Shown here: positions 60,614-64,000 of the stretch, in pieces
Position numbering within the stretch: the first letter of the stretch is position 1
How the letters are laid out: every line of letters begins with the position of its first letter
DNA from: Nostoc sp.
Lineage (GTDB): Bacteria; Cyanobacteriota; Cyanobacteriia; Cyanobacteriales; Nostocaceae
Direction of reading: 5' to 3'
NCBI GenBank assembly: GCA_036918135.1
Contig: JBALDB010000020.1
Span: 77,099 to 141,098 of the forward strand
DNA: 64,000 bases
Translations under genes and position numbers: made by a program
The notes under the pieces: model-generated
The model's input: only the letters and a program-made list of their open reading frames with translations
Database searches by the model: none
Told to the model about the DNA's origin: nothing

Positions 60614-60875
60614 ATTTACTTATTTCAGTAAAATTACATACACACGTCTGCAAAAATGGAGTATAAAGTAGCAGGGATAAAGAAGTTACATCATCTGCGG
60701 TTAAAGACTATTGTTTAGACTGACACTCTCAAGCACAGAGATTTTAATCATCAGTGATTAGCCGCACAGGATATCAGAAGCAGAAATAGAGATTTTTGAG
60801 AAAAAAGTATTTTTGCTGACTATCAATTTCCTTTGCCCAACTTTCAAAGAAACATAGTCGGAGATAATAGAACGT

Positions 60876-61319
60876 ATGCAATATAGATTTAAACAAAGTT
60901 TTATACTTTTAATCACAACTGCGATCGCATTATTATTCGCAAGTTGTGGAGAAAGTAAAGTTGCCCAATGTAACAAAATCATTAAAGTAGCCAATCAAGC
61001 ATCTGCTCTCGGTCAGGAATTCGGGAAAAATCCCAATCAGCCAAAAGGTTCTAAAGCTTTAACTGAACTTGCCCAAAAGATAGACCCATTTGCTCAACAA
61101 ATGAAAGCACTAGAAATTAAGGATGAAAAACTCCAAGGTTTTCAAGGACGCTTTCTGAAACTTTATCAAGACATTATTAAAGAATTGAATAATGCAGCAA
61201 CAGCTATAGATAAGAAGAATTCCTCAGCAGCAAAGAACTCCTTGGTATCTCTGCAAAAGAGTGCACAGGAAGAGAATTCAATAGTCAGTGAAATTAATAG
61301 CTACTGCTCAGGTAAATAA
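60876..61319 (+). CDS. Helical lipoprotein of unknown function
   Basis: Lipobox LFASC; two further Cys near the termini (QCNK, SYCS). Confidence 0.8.
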   Translation: MQYRFKQSFILLITTAIALLFASCGESKVAQCNKIIKVANQASALGQEFGKNPNQPKGSKALTELAQKIDPFAQQMKALEIKDEKLQGFQGRFLKLYQDIIKELNNAATAIDKKNSSAAKNSLVSLQKSAQEENSIVSEINSYCSGK

Positions 61320-61770
61320 CAAAATTCAGACGAAATTTTAATAAGTAGAAGGCAGGAGGCAGAAGGTAAAACCCTCAACAGTAAAGGGTTTCAATAGTAA
61401 AGTTTGGATTTTATATTTTATTATGTCCGCTTAACAAATTTTGACATGCTTAGGTTTCAACCGCAGCCATTGATATTATTAAACTCATCAAGTCTTAATT
61501 CCTTAAGTCGGACAAGCACTTTTTGTTTCAGAGTTAACGTCAGCTAGATAGATTTTCACTCGAACCCCGCTTCCATTCCTCCCCCCAAACAGGAAGAGGC
61601 TGAAAAACAGTATTCTTTCGTTCTAAGTTGTAAATTTTTTGCTCCAACGCTACAAGGTTGGGTTAGGGTTTGGTTTGATTGAACTCAGCTACAGTTATAG
61701 ATTCTTTACAGCGCGTTAGTCTAAGACATAAGCTGGATTTATCAAGAGGACTTACACAGGCGATCGCCCG

Positions 61771-63546
61771 ATGTCTATTCCCCAAATTAGTGAGTTTACT
61801 ATCCGCCGTCATGCCAACGCCAAATCTTTCCAGCGGGGCGAGGCATACTATCAAGCTGGTGCTGTCAATGCTATCACCCAACGTGGCGATTTGCTTGAGG
61901 CAGATGTTGTGGGCAATGAAGCCAGACCTTATCACGTCAGTCTGAGTTTTGATAGCAGTGGATTGAGTTCTGTAAACTGTACCTGTGCTTACAACTTTGA
62001 TGGGTGGTGTAAACATATTGTGGCGACAATGCTCGTCTGTGCGCGTCATTCAGAACATATTCAGCAGCGCCCTACCCTAGAAGAATTACTCAATCGTCTA
62101 GATAGTGTCCAAACTCAAAGGCTACTGCAAGAGTTGGTAGCAGAATACCCGCGACTGATTGAGGCGATTGACCGACGCGTTAACTGGATGACTGCTGCTG
62201 TCGGGGAACGAATCATAAAACCTGTGCGACGCAGTACTATCGATGCGGCTCCGTTTCGGCGAGAAGTGCGGCAGATTCTCCGGGAAGCTGTGCAGTATTT
62301 TGAGGAGGGTTACGAAGAAGACCCGATTGCTGAAGAATTGCTGAGTGTAGTGCAAACTGCGGTAGATTTCAGCGAACGGGGAGAGGCTGAAAATGCGATC
62401 GCTATTTTAGAGGCGATTACTTCTACCTGTGTGGAAAATTGGGACGATGTTGCAGAATACGGTGCTGAAAATGATGAAATTGTCCAGGAACTAAATCAAG
62501 CTTGGTGTGATGCAATTCTCAGTGTCGAACTCACCCCAGAGGAAAAAGTTGATATTCAAATAAATTTAGAAGCATGGCAAGATGAGTGGAATGCTGATTT
62601 TGGGATGATTATGGAGGCTTTACGCCAAGATTGGGATTATCCACCGTTAGTGCAAGTTCTCCAAGGGGATATCACCGAAAGAGGAGCTTGGGAGGAAGAT
62701 GTGCCCGACTATGCAGATGATTTAGCACAAATTCGCCTGAAAATTCTCGAACGTCAGGAACGTTACCAAGAATACCTGTATTTAGCCGAGGCAGAAGGGC
62801 AAACCCAGCAGTACTTAACAATGCTGGGGCGTTTAGGCAGAGTAGAAGAAGCAATTGATGCTGCTCAAACCCAGATGAACTCAAAGGAAGAAGCCTTTGC
62901 TCTTGCTAAAACACTCGTCAGCGTTCAAGGAGCATTACACCAAGCATTAGATATCGCGGAGAATGGATTAAATTTACCAGGTAATTGTCAGTACGAGTTG
63001 GGAATTTGGACAAGTAATTTAGCTCTACAGTTGGGTAATAGTGAAGCTGCTTTATTAGCAATCAAGGCAGCTTTCCAAGTCAAACCCTCGTTTTTTGATT
63101 ACCAAAAGATGCAAGAATTAGCTGGCGAAAATTGGGAAAGTGTCAAAACAGACTTGTTGAAAATTATCCGTAATTATAGTGGTTGGGGAACAGAATCAGC
63201 CAAGGTGGATATTTTCCTGCACGAGGGGCTAATTGATGATGCTATTGCGATCGTCAGCAAACTTAGTTCTTATGATTCTGAATTAATTTATCAGGTTATG
63301 GATGCTGCTATTCTCGATAATCCTGATTGGGTGATTGCCAATGCTGGTAGCCGTGCTGAAAAAATTATCAATGCAGGTAAAGCAGAATACTATTACTATG
63401 CAATCGAATGGCTAAAAAAGGCACGTACTGCTTATTTGGAATCTGGCAGAAAGGCGGACTGGTTAAGCTATCGGCAAAATTTGATGCAAACCCACGCTCG
63501 TAAGCGTAAGTTGATGGCAATGTTTCAGCAAAGAGGTATGGAGTAA
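61771..63546 (+). CDS. SWIM zinc-finger protein with helical-repeat C-terminus
   Basis: RGEAYY...CTCAYNFDGWCKHIVA (CxCxnCxH); C-terminal YYYAIEWL...H.RKRKL. Confidence 0.9.
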   Translation: MSIPQISEFTIRRHANAKSFQRGEAYYQAGAVNAITQRGDLLEADVVGNEARPYHVSLSFDSSGLSSVNCTCAYNFDGWCKHIVATMLVCARHSEHIQQRPTLEELLNRLDSVQTQRLLQELVAEYPRLIEAIDRRVNWMTAAVGERIIKPVRRSTIDAAPFRREVRQILREAVQYFEEGYEEDPIAEELLSVVQTAVDFSERGEAENAIAILEAITSTCVENWDDVAEYGAENDEIVQELNQAWCDAILSVELTPEEKVDIQINLEAWQDEWNADFGMIMEALRQDWDYPPLVQVLQGDITERGAWEEDVPDYADDLAQIRLKILERQERYQEYLYLAEAEGQTQQYLTMLGRLGRVEEAIDAAQTQMNSKEEAFALAKTLVSVQGALHQALDIAENGLNLPGNCQYELGIWTSNLALQLGNSEAALLAIKAAFQVKPSFFDYQKMQELAGENWESVKTDLLKIIRNYSGWGTESAKVDIFLHEGLIDDAIAIVSKLSSYDSELIYQVMDAAILDNPDWVIANAGSRAEKIINAGKAEYYYYAIEWLKKARTAYLESGRKADWLSYRQNLMQTHARKRKLMAMFQQRGME

Positions 63547-64000
63547 TACCAATTCAAAGTTCAAAATGACGCTCTCTACAAGACGCTGCACGTAGCTTGC
63601 TTCTGTGTAAGAGTACGCGGACACAGCTTAGCTGCGCTAACAAAATTCACGCATTAAGAAAGCCAGACATAACTTTTCATCCTTCAGAGTTTGGTTTTGA
63701 GTCAAAAATTGGTTCCAAAATTTACGCTTCATTTCTTTTGTGACAGTTCTGGTGTGGAATTTGGGTCACAACTATAGCGAACCAGGCATTAAATCCTGGA
63801 ATGGAAATGGAAGTTAAATCGAAAGAGAAAGTTATTCCCCAGTAGTTATCGTCCGATCGCTTAATACCCTAAGTGTCATTTAAAAGCTGAATTATATCTG
63901 TTGTTTTGAACCTATCCCACTAATGTAAGATTGTGGGAATCTACTTTTGATTTGAGTTGGGTGTGTCAGTTGATGGCTGGACGTTTTGAGGGATTGAGCG

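Noticed and set aside
63547..64000. Gene or RNA at the right edge
   Set aside because: Only SDR-like repeats (~63570-63640) and no ORF or structured RNA that I can support.

Overview
Chromosomal window from a filamentous, probably heterocyst-forming cyanobacterium (Nostocales-like). Evidence: abundant HIP1 GCGATCGC sites, heptamer STRR repeats, petG and cytM, and PEP-CTERM proteins. The centre (about 14.1-43.3 kb) is a scytonemin (UV-A sunscreen) gene cluster on the minus strand: scyA-B-C-D-E-F, GT4 glycosyltransferase, tyrA, dsbA/frnE, eboD/aroB-like, trpE(G), trpC, an extra MDR oxidoreductase, trpA, tyrP, trpB, trpD and a DAHP synthase. The divergent PAS histidine kinase / AraC response regulator pair follows. 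Gene order matches my recollection of the Nostoc punctiforme cluster, except for the extra oxidoreductase and a 12x21-bp tandem repeat between trpC and trpA. The flanks hold housekeeping genes (aspartoacylase, AGE epimerase, mgdE-like, lpxB-like, rsmD, hisH, trmJ, penicillin acylase) and an RTX/bluetail surface protein. Two candidate defence modules stand out: a helicase-less Shango-like TerB-C + DUF2791 ATPase pair (5.1-8.0 kb), and a translationally coupled ParA-ATPase + PIN-nuclease pair (55.7-57.6 kb) beside a frameshifted antitoxin-like gene. Intergenic regions carry several families of MITE-like and small dispersed repeats, some of which have entered coding sequences. All family assignments come from motif recognition by eye; no searches were run.
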